DNA of 64,000 bases, from positions 1 through 64,000 of IMG/VR virus record IMGVR_UViG_3300047546_001496. The stretch is one strand, 5' to 3'. The first letter of the stretch is position 1. Every line of letters starts with the position of its first letter. Positions 31,759 to 41,006 of this stretch are shown in pieces. The DNA is from a virus. Position numbers and translations under genes: made by a program. The notes under the pieces are model-generated. The model worked only from the letters and a program-made list of their open reading frames with translations, ran no database searches and was not told the DNA's origin.

Positions 31759-32470
31759 CCTTATGTCCTAACTCATTAATATCAGTCATGATTACGACAC
31801 AATACTTTGTACCGCTCTTCATTGGAAGAGATGCATGCTCATAAATGTAGTTAGATGGAAAGATAGCGATATCTCCTACTTTTGGAGTAAGGGTATATCC
31901 ATCCAATCTTGGAAATTGAATTTCTCCACCCTCATAATCATCGTTTATATATATAACTGCAGAAACTGTAGCATTATATGCTGGACCATGATCTGCATGA
32001 ATATTGAAGTGTTTTCCTTCGCCCTCATACTTTACAAAATTAAATGCTTCATAATAGATAACATTAATTCCCCAATATCTTGCATAATCATCTATACAAA
32101 ATTTTAGTTTTTGATATATTTCTTCATGAAGATCAATAAGTTCGCCATTAAATTCATCTCTTGGACCAAGGTTTTCTTGCTTATATTTAAAATCTACACA
32201 GTCTCTTGCTCTCTTGATAGGGGTTGAAGAATTTGTTACTTGCGCTTCAGACCATTTATATCTTTTTGTTCCATCAAGATTTGACTCAAGAGTTTTTATA
32301 TATCTATCTGCATCATCTTGAGAAAATACATTTCTATAAATATTTAGGCCAAGTCCTGGATTTTCTACAACTATACCATTTGATAAAGTTTTTGTAGGAT
32401 ATCTATTTGATGCAGTTTCTGACCTATCTTTTGTAAACCAAGGATTTTGATTTTCATCATAAATTTCCAT
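31748..32470 (-). CDS. 2OG-Fe(II) oxygenase, prolyl 4-hydroxylase-like
   Basis: HAD...YINDDYEGGEI...HASLPMKSGTKY; close paralogue of 30287..30970 (shared EAFNFxKY, RDCxDFK). Confidence 0.88.
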   Translation of the reverse strand: MEIYDENQNPWFTKDRSETASNRYPTKTLSNGIVVENPGLGLNIYRNVFSQDDADRYIKTLESNLDGTKRYKWSEAQVTNSSTPIKRARDCVDFKYKQENLGPRDEFNGELIDLHEEIYQKLKFCIDDYARYWGINVIYYEAFNFVKYEGEGKHFNIHADHGPAYNATVSAVIYINDDYEGGEIQFPRLDGYTLTPKVGDIAIFPSNYIYEHASLPMKSGTKYCVVIMTDINELGHKGGY

Positions 32471-32495
32471 TTGACTAACCTTTCAGTAATTAAAG

Positions 32496-32933
32496 TTATG
32501 CTATTTCGCTAAAAGAAGTTCCATCCCAGTTATAAGAAAATCCTAACAAAAGATTTTGACTTGATGGTACCTTAAGCAAACTCATACCTGTCGCAACTGC
32601 TGCTGCATACATTTCTTTTTTTGGGCTATTTGTTGCAATTGCTACTCTAGCAACAACAGTATTATTAGATAAAAATGCATATAGGTCAAATGAATCTAGT
32701 TCTTCTTGTGTTGCACTTGCTAAATTTGGACCTGCTGTTCCACCAGAAAAAGATGATCCGTTCCAGGTCGCTCCATAAAGTGCTGTTTGTTTATATGAAC
32801 TTGCATCAATTGCTGTTATTGGTAAACCAGTTTCCCATGCAGAATCTAAAGTTTCCATTACCTCATTTTTTTGATGACTAAAAAATCCAATGACATCATA
32901 TACATTATCATTTTTTACTACAACTGCATACAT
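32496..32933 (-). CDS. small fibre-associated protein with internal duplication
   Basis: Two half-repeats (YAxxxxNxxV ... G/FxxWN/DGxSFS). Confidence 0.55.
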   Translation of the reverse strand: MYAVVVKNDNVYDVIGFFSHQKNEVMETLDSAWETGLPITAIDASSYKQTALYGATWNGSSFSGGTAGPNLASATQEELDSFDLYAFLSNNTVVARVAIATNSPKKEMYAAAVATGMSLLKVPSSQNLLLGFSYNWDGTSFSEIA

Positions 32934-33009
32934 TAATAGTCTCCTTTAGTACTTTTATTATAGCACATGTTAGTTATTGGGTACATATTTTTGTATGTAC
33001 CCGCTAACT

Positions 33010-33960
33010 TTAACAAGCACATGTTCTTCCTGGACAACATACGTTACATCTCCAGCAATATCCGCAGAAACAGCCTCCGAAAGATGGTGGGAAGAATGGG
33101 AAGTAAGGGAAGAATGGGAAGAATGGTGGGAAGAATGGGAAGTAAGGGAAGTAAGGGAAGAATGGTGGGAAGAATGGGAAGTAAGGGAAGTAAGGGAAGA
33201 ATGGTGGGAAGAATGGGAAGTAAGGGAAGAATGGGAAGAATGGTGGGAAGAATGGGAAGTAAGGGAAGAATGGGAAGAATGGTGGGAAGAATGGGAAGAA
33301 TGGAAAGAATGGGAAAAACGGCGGGAAGAATGGGAAATAAGGTGGGGTAGTGGTAACATTGTTTGTAGTTACACCAGTTGATTCTCCGCATGCATTTGTT
33401 AGATAAATTGTATATGTTTGTGATCCTGGAGATGATCCAGGGTCATTAGCAGCATATGATGTAGCAGATCCAGATATACCAGTATAACTTGATCCATCTG
33501 AACCAGTAATTCTGATCGATGTTATTGTGCTACCTCCAGTTGCTGATCCGCTTGGAAGAGTCCATGATATTGTATTTGTATTAGCAGATGTAGCAGATGC
33601 TGAAACTCCTGTAGCATTGCTTGGACTTGTTGTAACTGTTACTGAAGATGAAGCAGATGATGCTGCTGATGTTCCAGAAGCATTTGTTGCTGTTACTGTA
33701 AATGTAGGTGTTGCTCCTGCAGCAATGCCAGTTACAGTAATTGGGGATGATGCTCCTGATGCTGACTGACCAGTGCTTGCATAAACAGTATAAGAAGTTG
33801 CTGGAGGGGATCCTGCAGGCAATGCAAAAGCAACTGATACAGCACCGTCATTATATGCTCTACCAGTACATACGTTGGTTGGAACAACACTAATTGGTGG
33901 CTTTGGCTCTAAGAAGTCGTTTGCTGCTGCTGACTTTTTACCTACTTTTTTATTTGCCAT
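33010..33960 (-). CDS. fibronectin type III-like protein with Pro/Phe/Tyr repeat and Cys-rich C-terminus
   Basis: Two FnIII-like modules (SYTVYAS...FTVTATNASG; ISWTLP...YTIYLTNACG), then ([13 protein letters not shown])6, then [20 protein letters not shown]. Confidence 0.8.
   Translation of the reverse strand: MANKKVGKKSAAANDFLEPKPPISVVPTNVCTGRAYNDGAVSVAFALPAGSPPATSYTVYASTGQSASGASSPITVTGIAAGATPTFTVTATNASGTSAASSASSSVTVTTSPSNATGVSASATSANTNTISWTLPSGSATGGSTITSIRITGSDGSSYTGISGSATSYAANDPGSSPGSQTYTIYLTNACGESTGVTTNNVTTTPPYFPFFPPFFPFFPFFPFFPPFFPFFPYFPFFPPFFPFFPYFPFFPPFFPYFPYFPFFPPFFPYFPYFPFFPPFFPFFPYFPFFPPSFGGCFCGYCWRCNVCCPGRTCAC
33084..33347 (-). repeat. 39-bp coding tandem repeat (about 6.5 units; 13-aa PFFPPFFP[F/Y]FP[F/Y]F)
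   Basis: GAATGGTGGGAAGAATGGGAAGTAAGGGAAGAATGGGAA units read directly on the plus strand. Confidence 0.95.
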
Positions 33961-33986
33961 TATTTATTCCCCTTTTTTATTGTAAA

Positions 33987-36587
33987 TTATTTAAGATCTC
34001 CGTAAACAACCCAAGTATTTGCTGCTCTCTTCAAGAGAGTTGCAGATGACCATTGTGTACGTAAAGTTAATCCTGGAGTAGCATTTACTGTTACTCCTGC
34101 GCCTGCTGCAATTGCAACTCCGCCTGTATTTGTCTGAAGAACATCGATAGAAGTTCCGACTGGGAAATTCAATGTCGAGTCTGCAGGAATTGTAACGTTT
34201 ACTGCTGAACCGCCAGTGTGAGAAACCTCAATAAGTGAGTCTCTTTCTGTTAGCGCTCCAAGAGTATACGCTGCTGTTTTCTGAATAATTGGTGTGCGTG
34301 AAGGTACACCTTCTTTTGTCTGTGTACCATCTGTAAAAATGATACCTGAAGAATCTACAGTAACTCCACCAGTAAATGATGGTGCTGCAAGGTTTGCCTT
34401 AAGTGCAAGGCTTGATGAAAGACCTGAGATCTTTGATTGATCGATTGCTGCTGAAGCGCTAATGTCTCCGTTTACAATTGTCCCATCTGCGATCATTGCT
34501 GATGTAACTCCACCAGTTGCGATATCAAGTGTTCCTGGTGTAGATTCTGTTAAACCAGAACCTGCTGTTACAGCCTTAGCAGCATTGAATGCTGCATATG
34601 TAACATTTGTTGTTCCAATTGTAATTGCTGATGTATTAGAGCAAACATATCCGTAACCTGAGTTTACTGTACCTTCAAGAACAAGAGTGAAGTCTCCACC
34701 CTTTAGTTCTCCATCTGGTGTATTGTCTGCATCTGTTGCTCTTGTCCATGAACCTGAAGCAACTACATAAATACCATTTTGTGTTTGTGTGGTTTGATCT
34801 TTTACGAGAACACGATCTCCAGCGATTACTGCTACGCCATCAATTGTTTGTGTTCCACTAAGTGTAATATTTCCTGTTGTAGCAACACGAACTGGCTGAT
34901 GAAAATTAATTCCTGCAGTTACATTGTCTACATATGCTTTTGTTGCTGCATGTAGGTCAGAACTTGGTGCACCTGAAAGTGTGAGTGCTCCTGTCATTGT
35001 TCCGCCAGCAAGTGACAACTTAGAATCAATCTGTGTCTGAATTGCTGATGTTACGCCATCAACATATCCAAGTTCTGTTGCTGAAACATTTCCAATAGAT
35101 GTTGTGCTTGGAAGAACAACTGTTCCTGTAAATGTTGGGCCAGCAAGGTTAGCCTTTAGATCAAGTGCTGTTTGTGTAGCAGTTGAAACTGGCTTATTAG
35201 CATCTGAAGTATTATCTACGTTGCCAAGACCAACCATTGACTTTGTGATACCTGAAACAGTACCAGTAAATGTTGGTGAAGCAAGATCAGCCTTTGCTGC
35301 TAAATCTGTTGTAAGGTTTGCAATCTTTGACTGTGCAATTGCTGCTGATGCATTTATATCAGCATTAACAATTGTTCCATCTGCAATCTTAGCAGAAGTT
35401 ACTGCTCCATCAAGAATTTTTGCTGTTGTTACAGAATCTCCAGCCAACTTATCTGCAGTTACATTGCTATTAACAATCTTTGCAGTTGTAACTGTGTTAT
35501 CTGTTGGTGTTCTTGTATCAGATAAGCGAGAATCATTTGTAAGTACAAGATCTGCTGTGTCTGCAATACCGTGTACGCTTGTTGTATCTAATCTATGTGC
35601 TTCAATATCTGCAGTTAGTGCTAAGGCTGTAGTATCTGCAATTCCATGCACATTTGTTGCTGAGTTATGGTTTGATACTGCAGTGTCTGCATAATCTTTT
35701 GTTGCAAGATCCTCAACATCAGCAATACCATGTACATTTGTTGTTAAAGCATTATGGTTTGCTACTGCTCCGTCTGCAGCATCAGAGGATGTATTGTCTA
35801 CATATTCTTTTGTAGCAGCATCATCAGCATTTATAGGTGCTCCGATAAGGGTAAGCATGCCTGTCATTGTTCCACCAGTTATAGGAAGTTTGCTGCTTAA
35901 TCCATTAGCCACAGTTGTTGCAAAGTTTTCATCATTAGCAATAGCATTTGAAAGTTCATTTAATGTATTTAATAGTTCTGGTGAACCAGCAACTATTGAA
36001 TTAATTCTGCCTTGTACGAATTCGGTTGTTGCAATTTTTGTTGTATTATCAGTTCCAGCCTGAGTAGTTGCTACTGAAGTAGAACCAAGATCTGCACCTG
36101 TTAATGTTTTATTTGTTAGTGTTTGTGTTCCAGTCAGAGTTACTACTGTTGAATCAATATCAAATTGTTCTGAGCCTGAGTTCCAGTCAATACCTACACC
36201 AGCAAGCGCTGATTGATCAACTGTTGCGTTTGAAACAGCATCTGCTACATAATCTTTTGTAGCAAGATCGTCTGTATCTGCAATACCGTGCACATTTGTA
36301 GTAGCATCTGTGTGATCGGAGAGATTGTTTGCCACTGTGGTAAAGAAAGCAGGATCGTCGCCAAGAGAGGCAGCAAGTTCGTTAAGTGTATCCAATACAC
36401 CTGGTGCACCATCTAGTATCGCATTTGCGTCTACATAATAGTTAAGTGCGGACCATGCTGATGATCCATTACCAATTTTAAATTTACCTGTGTCGGTTTC
36501 ATAACCGATTTCACCTGCTGCTAGAGTTGGGTTTGCTCCCGTCCATTGGGCTGCAGTTCCTCTGCGCTGTTGCATTCTTGTTGCCAT
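33987..36587 (-). CDS. long tail fibre protein with Mtd-like N-terminal domain
   Basis: MQQRRGTAAQW...GEIGYETDTGKFKIGNG N-terminus; repeated LDTLNELA, VHGIADT, ATKxYVD, TSAKIADG fibre motifs; C-terminal TWVVYGD domain. Confidence 0.85.
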   Translation of the reverse strand: MATRMQQRRGTAAQWTGANPTLAAGEIGYETDTGKFKIGNGSSAWSALNYYVDANAILDGAPGVLDTLNELAASLGDDPAFFTTVANNLSDHTDATTNVHGIADTDDLATKDYVADAVSNATVDQSALAGVGIDWNSGSEQFDIDSTVVTLTGTQTLTNKTLTGADLGSTSVATTQAGTDNTTKIATTEFVQGRINSIVAGSPELLNTLNELSNAIANDENFATTVANGLSSKLPITGGTMTGMLTLIGAPINADDAATKEYVDNTSSDAADGAVANHNALTTNVHGIADVEDLATKDYADTAVSNHNSATNVHGIADTTALALTADIEAHRLDTTSVHGIADTADLVLTNDSRLSDTRTPTDNTVTTAKIVNSNVTADKLAGDSVTTAKILDGAVTSAKIADGTIVNADINASAAIAQSKIANLTTDLAAKADLASPTFTGTVSGITKSMVGLGNVDNTSDANKPVSTATQTALDLKANLAGPTFTGTVVLPSTTSIGNVSATELGYVDGVTSAIQTQIDSKLSLAGGTMTGALTLSGAPSSDLHAATKAYVDNVTAGINFHQPVRVATTGNITLSGTQTIDGVAVIAGDRVLVKDQTTQTQNGIYVVASGSWTRATDADNTPDGELKGGDFTLVLEGTVNSGYGYVCSNTSAITIGTTNVTYAAFNAAKAVTAGSGLTESTPGTLDIATGGVTSAMIADGTIVNGDISASAAIDQSKISGLSSSLALKANLAAPSFTGGVTVDSSGIIFTDGTQTKEGVPSRTPIIQKTAAYTLGALTERDSLIEVSHTGGSAVNVTIPADSTLNFPVGTSIDVLQTNTGGVAIAAGAGVTVNATPGLTLRTQWSSATLLKRAANTWVVYGDLK

Positions 36588-36645
36588 TTATCTCTCCTTG
36601 TGGTATTTCTACCGTTTTATTTCTGTGCTTATTATAACATCAATT

Positions 36646-37101
36646 TTAGTTGAAGTTATCTGTTGCTACACCACCATCATAGGTTGCTGTCCATGAGTTG
36701 GTGTTGTAATCTCCTCCAGAAACTGGTGTTCCTTGAGGATCATTAAAACTACCAGCGCTAACAAACTGGGATACTATGAAACCAGTTCCATCAATCGCTG
36801 TATCGTGAATATGCTGTGGAAGATTAAGGGTATCGTCAATTGTAGCCATGGTTAGCCATGAGCCATTGTAATAAACATTAACTCTTGAGGTTAATGTATC
36901 AAACCATTGATCTCCATTTTCTGGTGTAGAGGGAGCGGTAGAACCGACAACCATGCTTCCTGCTACTGAGTCTACATATTCCTTTGTAGCAGCATGATTA
37001 TTTTCAGTAGGAGTACCTACGATTACAGATCCTCCGAAACTACCGCCGTTTCCGACCTGTAGTCCATTCTTGACTTTGAAATCTTTGTCTACTGTTGCCA
37101 A
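36646..37101 (-). CDS. short fibre/virion protein
   Basis: MATVDKDFKVKNGL N-terminus shared with 37132..38679; HAATKEYVD motif. Confidence 0.65.
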   Translation of the reverse strand: MATVDKDFKVKNGLQVGNGGSFGGSVIVGTPTENNHAATKEYVDSVAGSMVVGSTAPSTPENGDQWFDTLTSRVNVYYNGSWLTMATIDDTLNLPQHIHDTAIDGTGFIVSQFVSAGSFNDPQGTPVSGGDYNTNSWTATYDGGVATDNFN

Positions 37102-37131
37102 GATTTACCACTCCCTCTTTTATTTATTTTT

Positions 37132-38679
37132 TTACTTCAAAAGTGTTCCAACAACAGCCACTGTTGAGTTGTTGTTGAGAGTTGCTACACGAAGGCGTAC
37201 ATCTGAACCGTTTACATCTGCTGAAACAGATCCAAGTGAGCCGTTTGTTCCTACCATCGCATATTCTGTGATTGCCACATTGTCAGAAGTATCAAGAGTC
37301 AAAATAACTTTTGAAACTTCAGTATGTGAACCTTGAGCAATCTTTACAAGGAATTCAGCAGACTTGTAATCTGCCTTAGCCCATGAGACTGCTGTGCTTG
37401 TGCTTGCAGTTGCAACAGAAGCCTCTGCTGCTACCTGCTTTGCAATGCTTGCAATTTCTACTGCAGGGAAGTCAGGTGTGACTGCCTCAAGAGCAGATAC
37501 TGCACGAGCATTTGTAAAGTAAAGGTTTGAAGAACCTTCTACAAGATCATCTGTATCAGAATCTGCAACACCGTTTTCTGCGGTAATTGTAAGACCAGAT
37601 CCATTTCCAGTAATCTGAATGTTTGTAAGTGTTGCACTTGTTAGAAGTGCTGCTGCGTCTGTCTTTGCACGAGCAGTTGTGTAATAAAGGTTTGAACCTT
37701 CTGCAACATCATCTGTATCAAGATTATTAATACGAGTATTTGTTGCTGAGTCAAGACCATCAGCATAAGACTGTGCTGCTGTCTGTGCTGCTGCTGCAGA
37801 ACCTGCTGCATCATAATTTACAGCCAAACCGTCTGCATAATCCTCTGCTGCACCCTGAGCATCATCAACATATTGCTTTGTTGCTGCATGGTTTGCTGAT
37901 GTTGGAGCACCTGAAAGTGTCAAAGCACCTGTCATTGTGTCTCCAGCCTTAGCAACCTTTTCACCAATCTGTGTTCCAATTGTTGTTGCAAAGCCAGCAT
38001 CTGAGTTGATTGCTGCTGCTAATTCATTAAGAGTATCAAGAAGTGCTGGTGCACCATTTACAAGTGCTGCAACCTCTTGGTCTGTGTATGCATTTGCTGC
38101 TGTAATAGCATCTGCTTCTGCAGCATCTGCATATGACTGATAGGCAGTTGTGATTGCGCCTTCACGAGTATCTGTATATGCCTTAGCATCATTTTCTGCA
38201 GCATCTGCATAGTTTTGGTATGCAGTAGTAATTGCAGTTTCACGAGTATCTGTATAGTCATTTGCATCGCTAATTGCTTCGCCTTTTGCGGTAGCAACTT
38301 CTGCATCTGTTGCAAATGAGCCATCAATTGTTGTTGAGATTTGTACGTTTGCTGAACCATTGAATGATACAGAACCTGTAACATCTCCAGTAAGTTCAAT
38401 TGTACGAGAAGTCTCAAGAGTTGTTGCTGTATCTGCATTACCAGTTACATCACCAACGAGATCTGCTGTTATTACTCCCGCAGCAAAATTGCCTGAGCCA
38501 TCACGCTTTACAACCTTGTCTGCTTCATTTGCTGAGGTGGCTGTTCCACCAATTAAGTTGACGATATAATTTTGATCGTCTGTTTTCTTTGTAAGAATAT
38601 CGTGGTTGTTGATGGTACCTGTTGTGCCTTCAACAATCAGACCATTCTTTACCTTAAAGTCTTTTGTGACTGTTGCCAT
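37132..38679 (-). CDS. tail fibre-like virion protein
   Basis: DFKVKNGL, LDTLNELA, TDDxxEGSxNLY repeats. Confidence 0.75.
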   Translation of the reverse strand: MATVTKDFKVKNGLIVEGTTGTINNHDILTKKTDDQNYIVNLIGGTATSANEADKVVKRDGSGNFAAGVITADLVGDVTGNADTATTLETSRTIELTGDVTGSVSFNGSANVQISTTIDGSFATDAEVATAKGEAISDANDYTDTRETAITTAYQNYADAAENDAKAYTDTREGAITTAYQSYADAAEADAITAANAYTDQEVAALVNGAPALLDTLNELAAAINSDAGFATTIGTQIGEKVAKAGDTMTGALTLSGAPTSANHAATKQYVDDAQGAAEDYADGLAVNYDAAGSAAAAQTAAQSYADGLDSATNTRINNLDTDDVAEGSNLYYTTARAKTDAAALLTSATLTNIQITGNGSGLTITAENGVADSDTDDLVEGSSNLYFTNARAVSALEAVTPDFPAVEIASIAKQVAAEASVATASTSTAVSWAKADYKSAEFLVKIAQGSHTEVSKVILTLDTSDNVAITEYAMVGTNGSLGSVSADVNGSDVRLRVATLNNNSTVAVVGTLLK

Positions 38680-38694
38680 TTTTTATCTCCTTAT

Positions 38695-39141
38695 TTACGC
38701 CTTAAGTCCAATTCGTGCATAACGAACTGTGACTGGCTTAATTGCAGGATCTGGAGTAACCGTTAAGGATACTGTATTTCCAGCCCTTGAGACGCTAATG
38801 GTGCCAATATTCCCATCGTTGTCTATTGTTCCGTATTCGCTGACATTTACATTTGTACCGTCAACTAATACGGTCAACTCTGTTGCATAAAATTTATTGT
38901 CTCCCGCAGTTATCTTAGCGATTGAAACAATATACTTGACCATACGCCATTCTGTTGCATCAAAATTATCAATTACTGTTGGATTCTCAATACCTGTAAT
39001 TGTATTTTCATTATTGCCCATAGATCCAAGATCTGTAGAACGAGCAGAGGCGGAATCAATTAAATCTTCGTAATCTTGTTGAGAGGGACGATCTCCAGTC
39101 TCAAACTTTGTCTTTAGTGTTGGTATTGATATCTTTGCCAT
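38695..39141 (-). CDS. virion structural protein
   Basis: KFETGDRPSQQDYEDLIDS N-terminus; C-terminal domain resembles the end of 37132..38679. Confidence 0.55.
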   Translation of the reverse strand: MAKISIPTLKTKFETGDRPSQQDYEDLIDSASARSTDLGSMGNNENTITGIENPTVIDNFDATEWRMVKYIVSIAKITAGDNKFYATELTVLVDGTNVNVSEYGTIDNDGNIGTISVSRAGNTVSLTVTPDPAIKPVTVRYARIGLKA

Positions 39142-39164
39142 GTTGGTATTATAACTCCTTTTTA

Positions 39165-39413
39165 TTATAAAATATAGTTGCTATATCCTATAATTTGTAG
39201 TGGGATTGGGGGTGGATTATTCTTAGAATACCCAAACGAACTAACATTAATAAACTGCACTCTAAAAGGCAAAACCTCCTGTAGTTTAACCTTTGGTGTT
39301 ATATCATTTATTCTTATTGATCTTTTGTCTAATTCTTTAATCTGAGCATGTGCTAAACGATGTGTTGTATTATAAACTTCTTTATAGGCAGGGGTTAAAT
39401 TTTGATTTATCAT
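39165..39413 (-). CDS. hypothetical protein
   Basis: 82-aa ORF coupled to the upstream gene. Confidence 0.55.
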   Translation of the reverse strand: MINQNLTPAYKEVYNTTHRLAHAQIKELDKRSIRINDITPKVKLQEVLPFRVQFINVSSFGYSKNNPPPIPLQIIGYSNYIL

Positions 39414-39799
39414 TCCGTAACATCTTCAATGATAACCATGGAACCTTTGGCTACCGTCCAGACTCTTCCTTCTGACAAAAGTTCTGTCAACTGAATATCA
39501 AAGATATCTCCAGTTTCTAAAAGTTCTGATTGAGATGATAATAGTGTTACAGTAAAACTTCCTTCTACATCTTGAAATTCAATTGGTTGTGGCTCAAGAG
39601 AAATAATTACTTCGTCTGTTGATGGACGATAAATATCCATCTTAATTTCCCAATCATCTAAGTATAGTGGTTCTCTTGCATCGTTTGTTACATAAACTCT
39701 AAATGATGCAGAGTCTCCACGAACTACAGTCCATCTAACTTCTGGTGGTAAAGCACCTAATGCATATGAGTCTGTTGTCTGATTTCGGAAGGTAGTCAT
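39410..39799 (-). CDS. baseplate upper protein (BppU-N)-like Ig-fold protein
   Basis: VVRGDSASFRVY...FDIQL pattern; paralogous to 49262..49702 and 52106..52504. Confidence 0.5.
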   Translation of the reverse strand: MTTFRNQTTDSYALGALPPEVRWTVVRGDSASFRVYVTNDAREPLYLDDWEIKMDIYRPSTDEVIISLEPQPIEFQDVEGSFTVTLLSSQSELLETGDIFDIQLTELLSEGRVWTVAKGSMVIIEDVTE

Positions 39800-39817
39800 A
39801 ATGCGATTATATCATAT

Positions 39818-40336
39818 TTAGGCTAATCCAGCCTTCAATGCTCCCCATGTTCCATTGCCTTTTGCTTGTACAACAATAACACCAGTTGATGTTCCATTGA
39901 CAGCAACAATTCCAATTGCTCCACCTGTTGTTGTATTTGTTAAAGAACCGTATTGATCTACATATAAAAGAGATCCTGGAGTTCCAAGACCACTTGTATT
40001 TACATTTGTTAATACTCCAGCAACAACAACTTCTCCACTTCCGCCATGTGTTATTTCTGATTTTGTCAAACCAAGAAATGGTTTATCGTCTGATAATGTT
40101 GATGTAAATAATGATATAGTTGTTTTATTATTTGTATATCCTGTAGCATATACTGGTTTTGCTGAACCTATAGTTGAGCCTGAGTTATTTATTACCTTTA
40201 CCCGAACATTTGAAGCATCAAGAGATGCAAGCGCATCATCAACAGTATCTGCTAGTTTTTTAATATCACCATGTACATTAACAGGATCAGTTGATTCTGG
40301 ATATTTTAAATCATATTTATTAGTTTCTTGTGCCAT
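39818..40336 (-). CDS. virion protein (capsid fibre/cement-like)
   Basis: LKYPESTDPVNVHGDIKKLA N-terminus; Gly-rich beta C-terminal domain. Confidence 0.5.
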   Translation of the reverse strand: MAQETNKYDLKYPESTDPVNVHGDIKKLADTVDDALASLDASNVRVKVINNSGSTIGSAKPVYATGYTNNKTTISLFTSTLSDDKPFLGLTKSEITHGGSGEVVVAGVLTNVNTSGLGTPGSLLYVDQYGSLTNTTTGGAIGIVAVNGTSTGVIVVQAKGNGTWGALKAGLA

Positions 40337-40356
40337 AGAAAATAATTATACCATGT

Positions 40357-40386
40357 TTGACTAAATCCCCTAAATTGTGTTATACT
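40357..40386 (+). promoter_or_regulatory. sigma70-type promoter for the transglycosylase gene
   Basis: TTGACT-18nt-TATACT with TGn extension; back-to-back with a minus-strand TGGTATAAT. Confidence 0.7.
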
Positions 40387-40442
40387 AGGAAGTAATATGG
40401 CACCCTTTAACAAGGTGTCATTACGTTTCTAAGGAGGAAACT

Positions 40443-41006
40443 ATGATTAACTTTATGAATAATAATAGGCAAATCATTGGCACACTCAGCATATTAGCAA
40501 TGTTTGGCGTTTGGTCAAATGCTGCTAATGCTTCTGAAAACCGATTAAGTGACAGTAAATCTGTCATGCTACAGGGATCTTTGATGGCCACGGAAGTGGC
40601 CAAAAGTGTTTCTATGGCTAAAGAAGATCAGTTAGAAAAATATAAAAGTGCTATAAATCTATCTGACAAAGACCTTAAAAACTTACTATCTTTAGTAGGT
40701 TTTGAAGGCGAAAATCTTAAGGAGGCTTGGGCTTTTGCTAAAAAAGAATCTAATGGAAGACCTTTAGCCCTTAATATTAGTAAAAGAACTGGAGATAGTT
40801 CTTATGGCTTATTTCAAATAAATATGATTGGCGACCTAGGTCCTGACCGTAGAGATAAGTTTAATTTAGAGTCCAATGTTGAACTCTTTAATCCAGTACT
40901 AAATGCTCAAGTAGCATACCACATGAGCAACGGTGGAAAAGACTGGACTGCATGGAAAGGCATTACACCAAAGGTGAAGTCGTTAATGCGTAACTTTCCC
41001 AATTAA
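40443..41006 (+). CDS. secreted SLT-type lytic transglycosylase
   Basis: Signal-peptide-like N-terminus (…NAANA); catalytic AKKESNG, SYGLFQIN and WTAW motifs; AAGGAGG RBS. Confidence 0.85.
   Translation: MINFMNNNRQIIGTLSILAMFGVWSNAANASENRLSDSKSVMLQGSLMATEVAKSVSMAKEDQLEKYKSAINLSDKDLKNLLSLVGFEGENLKEAWAFAKKESNGRPLALNISKRTGDSSYGLFQINMIGDLGPDRRDKFNLESNVELFNPVLNAQVAYHMSNGGKDWTAWKGITPKVKSLMRNFPN

Noticed and set aside
33084-33347. Possible CRISPR array or DGR repeat
   Set aside because: Units are contiguous with no unique spacers, and there is no reverse transcriptase or adenine-specific variation, despite the Mtd-like N-terminus of the neighbouring fibre.
32967-33391. Alternative-frame ORFs (EEWWEEW, GRMGSK, SHSSH and LPILP repeats)
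   Set aside because: These are shadow frames of the 39-bp repeat. Only the Pro/Phe frame joins a proper gene start and the Cys tail conserved in the second locus.
448-38766. Many plus-strand ORFs overlapping structural genes (e.g. 16356..16919, 35104..35694)
   Set aside because: They are antisense shadows of codon-biased minus-strand genes with no RBS or recognisable motifs.
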